A DNA stretch of 64,000 nt, from the IMG/VR virus record IMGVR_UViG_3300017782_004332, positions 32,001-96,000 of that record; one strand, 5' to 3'. The position numbers and the translations under genes are program-made. The notes beneath the pieces were generated by a model that was given only the letters and a program-made list of their open reading frames with translations, was not told the origin of the DNA and made no database searches. This document shows, piece after piece, positions 1-9,220 of the stretch. How positions within the stretch are numbered: position 1 is the stretch's first letter; each line of letters begins with the position of its first letter. Source of the stretch: a virus.

Positions 1-99
1 CAAGAGCCAGGAATCAATAATGACGGTTCAGATCAAGATCCGTATATTGAAACAACACCCGACAACATGATGACTTACTTACAAACAGCATCTGTTTAA
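1..99 (+). CDS. C-terminal end of a peroxiredoxin (Prx5/AHP1-like), 5'-truncated by the window
   Basis: Frame 1 reads QEPGINNDGSDQDPYIETTPDNMMTYLQTASV*, resembling the EEPG...DPY..ssP C-terminus of alphaproteobacterial-type peroxiredoxins; not in ORF track. Confidence 0.55.
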   Translation, partial: QEPGINNDGSDQDPYIETTPDNMMTYLQTASV

Positions 100-109
100 T
101 AGAAATAAG

Positions 110-140
110 AAAAGGGGCAGTTTTCACTGTCCCTTTTTTT
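110..140. terminator. Bidirectional rho-independent terminator between convergent genes
   Basis: AAAA-GGGGCAGT-TTTC-ACTGTCCC-TTTTTTT hairpin flanked by A and T runs. Confidence 0.8.
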
Positions 141-143
141 GAC

Positions 144-335
144 TTAACGATATAAGTTTTCTGATTGATCAGCAATAACGTGTTTATCGTCATGTTCGAC
201 ATATCTGTCAAACCATAAACTAAAACCTAGTGCAACAAATCCAATACCAAGTAAAACCCAAAAAAACGGTTCTGTTGTTAACAAATGCCATAGTACTTGC
301 AATCCGTCCATGTTTGAATAATCTACTTCAGCCAT
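144..335 (-). CDS. Small single-pass membrane protein
   Basis: 63 aa with hydrophobic segment FFWVLLGIGFVALGFSLWF; overlaps the ybaN stop in an operon. Confidence 0.7.
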   Translation of the reverse strand: MAEVDYSNMDGLQVLWHLLTTEPFFWVLLGIGFVALGFSLWFDRYVEHDDKHVIADQSENLYR

Positions 336-742
336 GCTACTCGTTCGCCTGCTTTGACTCTTCTTGCATGTTCTTCAACTGATCCTGGATATCTCCACGC
401 CCATATTGCAACACCTAACATAAATGCTCCTGACCATAGGACTGCGTTTACATTACCTGTCGCAAAAAACGTAAATGCCAAAGTTGACGACATTACTATT
501 ACCATTGCATATTTTCCTTTAGTAGGAAAAACTCTTTTACCTGTCCAGTTAGTTAAAAACTTACCAAACCATGGATGGTTGTATAACCATTTTTCCATCT
601 TAGGTGAACTCTTTGCAAACGCCCAGGCCGCGATTACTAAGAAGATTGAAAAGGGAATTCCTGGCGTAACAAATCCTATGTAGGCCATACCTACACAGAA
701 AAAACCAATTGCTTGGTACATATATTTTTTTATTGTATTCAT
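323..742 (-). CDS. ybaN: YbaN/DUF454 family inner membrane protein
   Basis: GFVTPGIPFSIFLVIAAWAFAKSSPKMEKWLYNHPWFG matches the DUF454 signature. Confidence 0.85.
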   Translation of the reverse strand: MNTIKKYMYQAIGFFCVGMAYIGFVTPGIPFSIFLVIAAWAFAKSSPKMEKWLYNHPWFGKFLTNWTGKRVFPTKGKYAMVIVMSSTLAFTFFATGNVNAVLWSGAFMLGVAIWAWRYPGSVEEHARRVKAGERVAWLK

Positions 743-1929
743 AAAATTTTGTGCCTTTCTAACACTACAAGTAATTTATCCACAAGTTCGTCCATCATAG
801 CGTTAGTGTGATTAGGCGTAGGAGTAAAACGTAGTCTTTCTGTACCTACGTCAACTGTCGGATAGTTAATAGGCTGTACGTATATACCGTCTTTGTACAG
901 CAAGTCATCGGATATCTGCTTACACTTAACAGCGTCTCCAATCATCACAGGTACTATATGACTAGGATTATCTAGTACAGGAATACCCGCGGATTTAAAT
1001 TTGTCCTTTAATGTAGTTGCTCTATCCATAATTTCATCACGTAGATTTGGATGTTCTTTTACGTATCGAATTGACGCAAGAGCACCTGCACACAATACAG
1101 GACTTAAACTAGTAGTGAATATAAATGCTGGTGCTAATGATCTAATAGCATCTATAAAAGGTGTCTTAGACGCAATATAACCGCCCTGTACACCGAATGC
1201 TTTCGCTAGGGTGCCGTTTACTATATCAACATCTATGTTGTCTCGTTCAGTAACACCCCCGCCATTTTTACCATATAACCCAACTCCATGAACTTCGTCC
1301 AAATAGGTCAATGCATCATACTTCTTACACAGTTTTACAATTTCTTTAATAGGACTTATATCACCATCCATGCTATAAACAGATTCGAACACAACCATTT
1401 TGGTTCCTTTTATCTGTTTTAGTTTTAATTCTAATTCTTGTAAATCATTATGCGACCAAATTACTTTGTTAGCACGACTATGTCTAATACCTTGTATAAT
1501 ACTAGAATGATTTTTACTATCACTAATAAATGTAATATCAGGAATAATTTTAGCAATAGTTTCTAATGTAGTTTCGTTGGCATTGAAAGCACTTGTAAAA
1601 AGTAATGCACTTTCTTTTTTATGCAACTTTGCTATCTCGGCTTCTAATGCTACATGGTAATGAGTTGTCCCAGATATGTTTCTAGTTCCACCACTACCTG
1701 CACCTGCTGTGTCTAATGCTGTTCTCATAGCATCTAAAACAAACTGATGCTGACCCATACCTAAGTAATCGTTCGAACACCAATTTACTATTTTTTTAAT
1801 TGCATATTTTGAATACCAAATAGCATTAGGAAAGTCACCGCAGTCACGCAGGATATCATTAAACACCCTATACTTTCCATCAGATTTAAGTTGATCTATA
1901 ACTTCTTCGAATTTTTTAATATTAATCAT
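739..1929 (-). CDS. hemA: 5-aminolevulinate synthase (PLP-dependent, Shemin pathway)
   Basis: WCSNDYLGMG, GSGGTRNISGT, NHSSIIQGI, FESVYSMDGD, DEVHGVGLYG, GTLAKAFG (PLP lysine), ERLRFTPTP. Confidence 0.95.
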   Translation of the reverse strand: MINIKKFEEVIDQLKSDGKYRVFNDILRDCGDFPNAIWYSKYAIKKIVNWCSNDYLGMGQHQFVLDAMRTALDTAGAGSGGTRNISGTTHYHVALEAEIAKLHKKESALLFTSAFNANETTLETIAKIIPDITFISDSKNHSSIIQGIRHSRANKVIWSHNDLQELELKLKQIKGTKMVVFESVYSMDGDISPIKEIVKLCKKYDALTYLDEVHGVGLYGKNGGGVTERDNIDVDIVNGTLAKAFGVQGGYIASKTPFIDAIRSLAPAFIFTTSLSPVLCAGALASIRYVKEHPNLRDEIMDRATTLKDKFKSAGIPVLDNPSHIVPVMIGDAVKCKQISDDLLYKDGIYVQPINYPTVDVGTERLRFTPTPNHTNAMMDELVDKLLVVLERHKIL

Positions 1930-2056
1930 GTTATTCCAATAATATGCGTATATTATATTTAGTATAGTTTTGGAAGAAAAAACTTCAAATTGCTCTTGTA
2001 ATTTTAAAAAAAAGTATTATATTATATATGTACAGTAGAAATGCTGTATAAATAAA

Positions 2057-2115
2057 TGTGTAGGTTGCTTGATAGGACCTGCATATAATAACTTGCTTAA
2101 TAAAGGAGAAAAACA
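2057..2115 (+). promoter_or_regulatory. ROSE-like RNA thermometer in the hsp20 5' UTR
   Basis: Hairpin TGTAGGT...ACCTGCA followed by TAACTTGCTTAATAAAGGAGAA, where UUGCU can pair with the SD AGGAG; same motif precedes groES. Confidence 0.6.
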
Positions 2116-2562
2116 ATGACAAACAAAACCCTATCAATTTTTAATCAACTAAGACCCGTAACTGTAGGATTCGATCCTGTATTTGATCGTTTTGAACGAA
2201 TGTTCAATGACGATTTCTTTAACGGTCCAAGCAACACAGGATATCCGCCTTACAATATTGTAAGAACAGGTGACTACACCTATGATATCGAAGTTGCGTT
2301 AGCAGGCTTCAGCAAAGAAGATATTGATGTATCATACGAAGATGGTGTGGTATCTATCAAATCTGTTCATGAAGCAAAGGACAAAGAAGAAAAAGAAGGT
2401 ACTATATACAAAGGAATTAGTAAAAGATCGTTTACTAAAGCGTTTCAAATTTCTGATGATGTAGAAGTTAAAGGTGCCGAGTTGAAAGATGGCTTGCTTA
2501 GAATCTGTTTGGAAAGAATTATTCCAGAGAGTAAAAAACCAAGAACTATCGAAATTAAGTAA
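2116..2562 (+). CDS. ibpA: Small heat shock protein Hsp20 (IbpA-like)
   Basis: GYPPYNI, IEVALAGFSKEDIDV, YKGISKRSF, GAELKDGLL, ERIIPE..KPRTIEI. Confidence 0.95.
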   Translation: MTNKTLSIFNQLRPVTVGFDPVFDRFERMFNDDFFNGPSNTGYPPYNIVRTGDYTYDIEVALAGFSKEDIDVSYEDGVVSIKSVHEAKDKEEKEGTIYKGISKRSFTKAFQISDDVEVKGAELKDGLLRICLERIIPESKKPRTIEIK

Positions 2563-2568
2563 AACATT

Positions 2569-2601
2569 TATTGGGGGATAGTTTGGTGCTTTCCCCCAAT
2601 A
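2569..2601 (+). terminator. Stem-loop after hsp20 (probable terminator or stabilising hairpin)
   Basis: TATTGGGGGA...TCCCCCAATA inverted repeat; weak U tract. Confidence 0.55.
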
Positions 2602-2665
2602 TTACCTATTGCATTATTTTTATAAAGGTGCTATAATACTTAAATACTATTGAGAGGAATATATA

Positions 2666-2974
2666 ATGACACAAGAATCTACAGCAACAGTAACTAAAGA
2701 AAAAATTGCTGATAAAATTAACGAGCCTGGTTTATATAAGGTTGTATTTTTTAACGACGATTTAACTCCTATGGACTTTGTTGTACAAGTGTTAATGACA
2801 ATCTTTAAGCATTCAGAATCAACCGCAAATAAAATTACACAAGAAGTTCATTCTAAAGGTGAAGGCATTGCCGGTATATTCACATACGAGATTGCTGAAC
2901 AGAAGGGTGTAGAAACTACTGTCCTAGCAAGAGAACAAGGATTTCCGCTCGCAATTAAGGTCGAGCCTGAATAA
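2666..2974 (+). CDS. clpS: ATP-dependent Clp protease adaptor ClpS
   Basis: YKVVFFNDDLTPMDFVVQVL, VHSKGEGIAGIFTYEIAEQK, FPL. Confidence 0.95.
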   Translation: MTQESTATVTKEKIADKINEPGLYKVVFFNDDLTPMDFVVQVLMTIFKHSESTANKITQEVHSKGEGIAGIFTYEIAEQKGVETTVLAREQGFPLAIKVEPE

Positions 2975-2980
2975 TAAGTT

Positions 2981-2994
2981 TAAATAGTAGTATG
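2981..2994 (+). promoter_or_regulatory. Late-type TAAATA promoter, 5 nt before ATG (leaderless arrangement)
   Basis: TAAATA-GTAGT-ATG with no SD; same geometry recurs at about ten genes. Confidence 0.6.
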
Positions 2995-3534
2995 ACTACT
3001 ATAAAAGAACTAACTTGGGAACATCACAAAAACGCTGAGCGTCAACAATTTGTAAAAGTTCTAATGAGCGGATCGATTGATCCTAAACTCTATGCAACTT
3101 TCCTTTTTAATCAACATCCATGCTATAACATACTAGAAGCGATTGCTACTGGTCACGGGTTACTTGATGGAATATTCGAAGTAAAACGTGCAACTAAAAT
3201 TCATGAAGACTTTTTAGAACTATGGCCGGACGAATCTAAACCTAAATTACTTAAATGTACAGATGAATACATGGAACACATTAAAAGTATCATGGATGAT
3301 CAAGATAAAATTATGGCACATGTATATGTGAGACATATGGGCGATCTAAGTGGCGGACAGATGATTCGTAAAAAGATTCCTGGCAAAGGTACTATGTACG
3401 ACTTTGATGGTGATATTCCAACAATGAAAGATAAAATTAGAGCAAAGTTAAATGATAGTATGGCCGAAGAAGCCAAGTTATGTTTTGAATTTGCAACTAA
3501 CACATTTAAAGAACTAATGGAGATTGAAATTTAA
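2992..3534 (+). CDS. hemO: Biliverdin-producing haem oxygenase
   Basis: KELTWEHHKNAE (proximal His) and AHVYVRHMGDLSGGQMI signature. Confidence 0.9.
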   Translation: MTTIKELTWEHHKNAERQQFVKVLMSGSIDPKLYATFLFNQHPCYNILEAIATGHGLLDGIFEVKRATKIHEDFLELWPDESKPKLLKCTDEYMEHIKSIMDDQDKIMAHVYVRHMGDLSGGQMIRKKIPGKGTMYDFDGDIPTMKDKIRAKLNDSMAEEAKLCFEFATNTFKELMEIEI

Positions 3535-4231
3535 AATGAGTGCTATCTGGGATAAATTGATTTCATGCAAAGATGAAATTATTGATATATTTGATGAACA
3601 TTGCGGCGAAGTTGAAGAACCCGGAATGCAACAATTTAATCAACCTGAAAATGGTTGGATTAATAGAGTGTGGTCGAACACTGATATACGTAGAGCACAT
3701 ATCGATGTTGTTGATGCTAGAGATACAAAAGGCCTATGGATGATGCATGTTTGTTGTTTTCCAGTGTTTAACAATGACGGACCTATATATGGATTTGATG
3801 TGATTGCTGGTAAAAATAAAATGACCGGAGCATTTCATGATTTTAGTGCAAGTAGTGGTGGTGAAGATCATCCTCTAGTAGATTGGTATCAAGATGCTGT
3901 GAAAGATTTTATTCCGAGTAAACGCCGCGAATTGCCTGAGTGGGCTCAGAATATTTTTAGTCCAAGTATGATTGCCGCAGGTAATGTTAGTAGCGAAGAA
4001 GAAGCGTCTGCTATTATTGAACTTGCTACAAACAATTTAAGAGTATACTTTGAAAGTATCAGTGATTACACAGGGCAAGGTATGGTTGATATTACTAAAG
4101 GCGCACAAAACTATTATTGTCATAACCAGCAACAGAACCCACATACACCACGTACTATGAAGTCGTTAGGACTTAACGAGCAAGATGTTATAACATTTTG
4201 CACAGATGCATTGTTTCCTAAAGTGGACTAA
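3524..4231 (+). CDS. pcyX: Ferredoxin-dependent bilin reductase, PcyX/PcyA-like
   Basis: RRAHID, WMMHVC, GFDVIAG, HDFS, LPEWAQNIFS, QNYYCHNQQQNPHT; directly downstream of haem oxygenase. Confidence 0.85.
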   Translation: MKFKMSAIWDKLISCKDEIIDIFDEHCGEVEEPGMQQFNQPENGWINRVWSNTDIRRAHIDVVDARDTKGLWMMHVCCFPVFNNDGPIYGFDVIAGKNKMTGAFHDFSASSGGEDHPLVDWYQDAVKDFIPSKRRELPEWAQNIFSPSMIAAGNVSSEEEASAIIELATNNLRVYFESISDYTGQGMVDITKGAQNYYCHNQQQNPHTPRTMKSLGLNEQDVITFCTDALFPKVD

Positions 4232-4239
4232 ATACTGTC

Positions 4240-5778
4240 ATGAGAGCATTAGAATTCACACGATTACTTGAAGAGCCTATGGCTCCTGGAGACATGGAAC
4301 GAGTAAGAAGCAGTAAGCCAGTCGATCCTAAACTTGACCAAGCACTGTCTGACGTACAAACTGCTATTGAAAACGATCCTAGTCTTTTACAAAAATTCAA
4401 ACAAATTGTTATTAATACTAAACAAAAAGCACAACAATTATTAAAAAATAGTAATCAAGGCGATCCTAATACTAAAACTGAAATTGAATCAGTCGAAGTT
4501 ATTGAAGACGCTCAGGCACATACAGCCGCTAGTGATTATAGTGATGCTATAAAAGGTATCATAGCCACTCTAGCAAATCAAGGTCAACCTACACAAAACC
4601 TTCAGGACGAATTACTAAAGCAGATCAATGCACTTGTACAATCAGAAAAAGCAATTTCTTTTCAGCAAGGCGACGAACAAGGCGAAGCAAGAGGCAAAGC
4701 AAACTCAGATAAAGTTTTAAAACAATTAAGTAGTGAGATTAGATTACTTGCACAAAAAGTATCAGGTTTTGTAGATTTAGATCCAACAGTAAAGTATAAC
4801 AGTAAAGATAAAAAGAAACATGCAAATGCACAAAAAGCCACAGAAGAATTAGGAAGTGGATTGTATCAATTGTTTTTTAATAAAGTGTTTTTGCAGAATG
4901 AACTAACTGAACAAGAAGTAGTAAATTTTGTCAAAGATTGTGTTGCTGGTAACGTTTTAGATATGCCTAAAATGATTAATTCAAAAAATGGAGTTATTGA
5001 TAACTTTGTTAAAATGCACAAAAAAGTATACGATTCTGTAGTAGAAGATTTAGTTAATTTTAAAGGTGCTGGTACAACTGGCGGTGCATTAGGACCTGCA
5101 GAAATATTATTAAGTGCTATCGGTTCTCCAGTTGAAACAGGTACTGGAGGCGTAAAAGGTGACCTTGCTGTAAAAATGCCCGACGGAACTATTTTGGGTG
5201 TTGAAGTAAAAGCAGGTAACGAAAGCAAAGGCTCAGGTGCTAGATTAAATGGTACAGAAGTCAATGATGGTAAAGGTGCATTAAGTCACTTTAAAAAATT
5301 ATACAAAGATCTAGGATTAGAAGTAAGTTCTTATTCTATTAGTCCTAAGTTTTTAATACCACTTAACCAGCAATTATCCAAATTTGATAATACAAAATTA
5401 AATCAATATGTTGTAGGAGTGTTGAACGCATTAGTTAATAACTACGACGAAGTGTTAAAATTCAAAGACAACAAAACAGATGCTGGCCAAAAAATAAAAG
5501 AATTAATTGATAATACAATTCAACCAGGAAATGAAAATGGTCCAATTGTATTTGAAGCATTTAGAGATCTAATAACATATGTTCAACTAGTAAGTTACAA
5601 GATATCAGACGGTGTTGCAACTATTATGACTGTTGATACTTTACATCGTTCGTTTAGTATTACAGATAGTCCAGAAGAATTTATAGATCAAATTGGTAAA
5701 AGACATGTAGTTGCAAAAAACCTTTCTATTACACCAGATCCACAAACGGCATCATTTCATTTTAGATCATCCAAATAA
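4240..5778 (+). CDS. Hypothetical phage protein; helical N-terminus and PD-(D/E)xK-like C-terminal region
   Basis: 512 aa; GPAEILL...GDLAV...VEVKAG; preceded by TAAATA-N5-ATG. Confidence 0.6.
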   Translation: MRALEFTRLLEEPMAPGDMERVRSSKPVDPKLDQALSDVQTAIENDPSLLQKFKQIVINTKQKAQQLLKNSNQGDPNTKTEIESVEVIEDAQAHTAASDYSDAIKGIIATLANQGQPTQNLQDELLKQINALVQSEKAISFQQGDEQGEARGKANSDKVLKQLSSEIRLLAQKVSGFVDLDPTVKYNSKDKKKHANAQKATEELGSGLYQLFFNKVFLQNELTEQEVVNFVKDCVAGNVLDMPKMINSKNGVIDNFVKMHKKVYDSVVEDLVNFKGAGTTGGALGPAEILLSAIGSPVETGTGGVKGDLAVKMPDGTILGVEVKAGNESKGSGARLNGTEVNDGKGALSHFKKLYKDLGLEVSSYSISPKFLIPLNQQLSKFDNTKLNQYVVGVLNALVNNYDEVLKFKDNKTDAGQKIKELIDNTIQPGNENGPIVFEAFRDLITYVQLVSYKISDGVATIMTVDTLHRSFSITDSPEEFIDQIGKRHVVAKNLSITPDPQTASFHFRSSK

Positions 5779-5782
5779 AAGG

Positions 5783-5811
5783 TTGACTTTTACATTTAAT
5801 TTCCATATAAT
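5783..5811 (+). promoter_or_regulatory. Sigma70-type promoter
   Basis: TTGACT-N17-TATAAT. Confidence 0.7.
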
Positions 5812-5859
5812 ATATACATATTGCGGAGTACCAGTCCGGTGCCACGAATAGGAGACAAA

Positions 5860-6429
5860 ATGAATAGAATAGAACATAAAACAAAAGACGGCGATAGTAT
5901 TGTAATTTTTGACGATTTGTTTGATTACTCTACTAGAATGCTTTGGTTTCAGGCTATCTATAATAGTAGTTTAACATTTGGAATTTCGTATGACAGTCAA
6001 TTGTCAGATATGAAAAGTGTTAGCGGGTTAGGTAATCATTGGCCCAAATACGAATGGGACAATTACGGACTAGATAGACACAAAAATTGGCCTGAAGTAC
6101 AAAAAGAATTGGGTGATAGACAATGGAAAAGAACATGGTTGAATGTTGCTACAGGTAAAGAACTGTTTAGATTTCATGCAGATCATAATTTAAATAATGC
6201 AAAAAGTATTTTGTATTATCCAAATCTTAAATGGGACACTGATTGGGATGGTCAAACATTGTTTAAAAGTCGAGATGGAAAAACTTACGAATACTGTATA
6301 GATTATGTTCCAGGAAGACTTGTGGTATTTGACAGCATTATACCACATAAAGCCACTCATGCTAATCACGAGGCACCCGGCCTTAGAATGATTATTAATG
6401 CTGTATTTTACAAAGAAGAGAAAAAGTAA
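5860..6429 (+). CDS. 2OG-Fe(II) oxygenase
   Basis: HAD (HxD), YYPNLKWDTDWDGQT, PGRLVVFDSIIPH, LR; start moved to ATG 5860 after GGAG SD. Confidence 0.85.
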   Translation: MNRIEHKTKDGDSIVIFDDLFDYSTRMLWFQAIYNSSLTFGISYDSQLSDMKSVSGLGNHWPKYEWDNYGLDRHKNWPEVQKELGDRQWKRTWLNVATGKELFRFHADHNLNNAKSILYYPNLKWDTDWDGQTLFKSRDGKTYEYCIDYVPGRLVVFDSIIPHKATHANHEAPGLRMIINAVFYKEEKK

Positions 6430-6447
6430 CTTTACGAAAGGACTAAA

Positions 6448-6654
6448 ATGACATATAACAGACAAGCAATGATTGAAGCAATGATTAAACATGCTGAAGG
6501 TCATATCGCAAAACACAAAATGAACGTCGAAGTATATTTGGAAAGAGCCGCAGGTGTTGGTGAACATCCAGACATTTTGGAAGCAGTTGAAAAAGAATTG
6601 AACATTGTAGCAGAATATGATGATCAAATTGAAATGCTCAAAAAATATTTTTAA
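6448..6654 (+). CDS. Conserved small phage hypothetical protein
   Basis: 68 aa; NVEVYL..AAGVGEHPDI; SD AAGGA. Confidence 0.75.
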   Translation: MTYNRQAMIEAMIKHAEGHIAKHKMNVEVYLERAAGVGEHPDILEAVEKELNIVAEYDDQIEMLKKYF

Positions 6655-6655
6655 C

Positions 6656-6686
6656 TTGACAATCTGTATAAAGATGCTATTATAAT
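6656..6686 (+). promoter_or_regulatory. Sigma70-type promoter for tRNA-Arg
   Basis: TTGACA followed by TGCTATTATAAT just upstream of the tRNA. Confidence 0.65.
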
Positions 6687-6692
6687 AGACAT

Positions 6693-6769
6693 CTGCTCGT
6701 AGTTCAGCCGGATAGAACATCAGTTTGCGGAACTGGAGGTCGGAGGTTCGAGTCCTCCCGAGCAGGCCA
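6693..6769 (+). tRNA. tRNA-Arg (anticodon GCG)
   Basis: Acceptor CTGCTCG/CGAGCAG, D arm GTTC/GAAC with A20, anticodon arm TCAGT-TTGCGGA-ACTGG, T loop TTCGAGT, encoded CCA. Confidence 0.92.
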
Positions 6770-6778
6770 AAAAATATT

Positions 6779-7003
6779 ATGACAGAATTTACAAAAGGAA
6801 TTGGAACCATATTTAAAACAAGTAGCCTAGCACTTGCAATAGTATATACATTTGGTCATATATTAATTGCTATGACTGTTATTAGTGTTATGACAGATGC
6901 TAGTCTATTTGAAGCAGGCACAGTAGCATTAGTAGAACCTGCGATTAACGGTGTTTGGTTTTATGTACTACATAAAATATGGTTCATTTATAACAACAAA
7001 TAG
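6779..7003 (+). CDS. DUF2061-like small membrane protein
   Basis: YTFGHILIA...VALVEPAINGVWFYVLHKIW; start at ATG 6779 because the longer ORF overlaps the tRNA. Confidence 0.7.
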   Translation: MTEFTKGIGTIFKTSSLALAIVYTFGHILIAMTVISVMTDASLFEAGTVALVEPAINGVWFYVLHKIWFIYNNK

Positions 7004-7077
7004 GTCCCTTCGTCTATCGGTTAGGACAGCGGTTTTTCATACCGCAAAGAGGAGTTCGATTCTCCTAGGGACTACCA
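7003..7077 (+). tRNA. tRNA-Glu (anticodon TTC)
   Basis: Acceptor GGTCCCT/AGGGACT, anticodon arm GCGGT-TTTTCAT-ACCGC, T loop TTCGATT, CCA end. Confidence 0.92.
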
Positions 7078-7097
7078 AATATTTGAGTCAGAAAGAC

Positions 7098-7127
7098 TTG
7101 ACAACAAACATATTATGAATATATAAT
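7098..7127 (+). promoter_or_regulatory. Sigma70-type promoter of groES-groEL
   Basis: TTGACA-N18-TATAAT. Confidence 0.65.
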
Positions 7128-7160
7128 ATTATACATCAAGACGCTACAAAGGTTTTGTTG

Positions 7161-7182
7161 TAACTTGCTTAACAAAGGAGAA
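7161..7182 (+). promoter_or_regulatory. ROSE-like motif in the groES 5' UTR
   Basis: TAACTTGCTTAACAAAGGAGAA, 21 of 22 nt identical to 2089-2110 before hsp20. Confidence 0.6.
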
Positions 7183-7191
7183 GAAACGTTT

Positions 7192-7485
7192 ATGAAAGTA
7201 AATCCAATTAGAGATAGAATACTAGTAAAACCTATCGACGCAGAAACAAAAACTGCATCTGGTCTAGTTATACCCGATACTGCAACTGAAAAACCAAACC
7301 GAGGTATGGTTGTTGCATTAGGAACCGGTAAGGTTGCTGAAAACGGAACTATTGTTCCAATGGTTTTAAAACAAGGCGATACCGTACTATACGGAAAGTT
7401 CGCAGGTAATGAAGTAAAAATTGACGGTGATAACCATCTTGTATTAAATGAAGATGATGTTATGGCTGTTGTAGAAGGAGTATAA
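7192..7485 (+). CDS. groES: Co-chaperonin GroES
   Basis: MKVNPIRDRILVK, KTASGLVIPDTATEKP, GDTVLYGKFAG; start at ATG 7192 after AGGAG. Confidence 0.97.
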   Translation: MKVNPIRDRILVKPIDAETKTASGLVIPDTATEKPNRGMVVALGTGKVAENGTIVPMVLKQGDTVLYGKFAGNEVKIDGDNHLVLNEDDVMAVVEGV

Positions 7486-9111
<1,626 letters not shown>

Positions 9112-9129
9112 TCAAAGCATTACCGGATT

Positions 9130-9154
9130 AAGGGGGAGCAATCCCCCTTTTTTT
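9130..9154 (+). terminator. Rho-independent terminator after groEL
   Basis: AAGGGGGA-GCAA-TCCCCCTT-TTTTT. Confidence 0.9.
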
Positions 9155-9220
9155 GTGGCCGAATCAAGCAGTTATCTTATTAAATACTTTTGGCTAAATA
9201 ATAGTACATAAGGACATAAC

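Noticed and set aside
739-1929. hemA as glutamyl-tRNA reductase linked to the phage tRNA-Glu
   Set aside because: The protein is a PLP-dependent ALA synthase, which does not use tRNA-Glu
6725-6778. N-terminal extension of ORF 6725-7003
   Set aside because: Overlaps tRNA-Arg; real start is more likely ATG 6779
7078-7191. CIRCE (HrcA) operator or clear sigma32 promoter before groES
   Set aside because: No TTAGCACTC-N9-GAGTGCTAA; promoter looks sigma70-like
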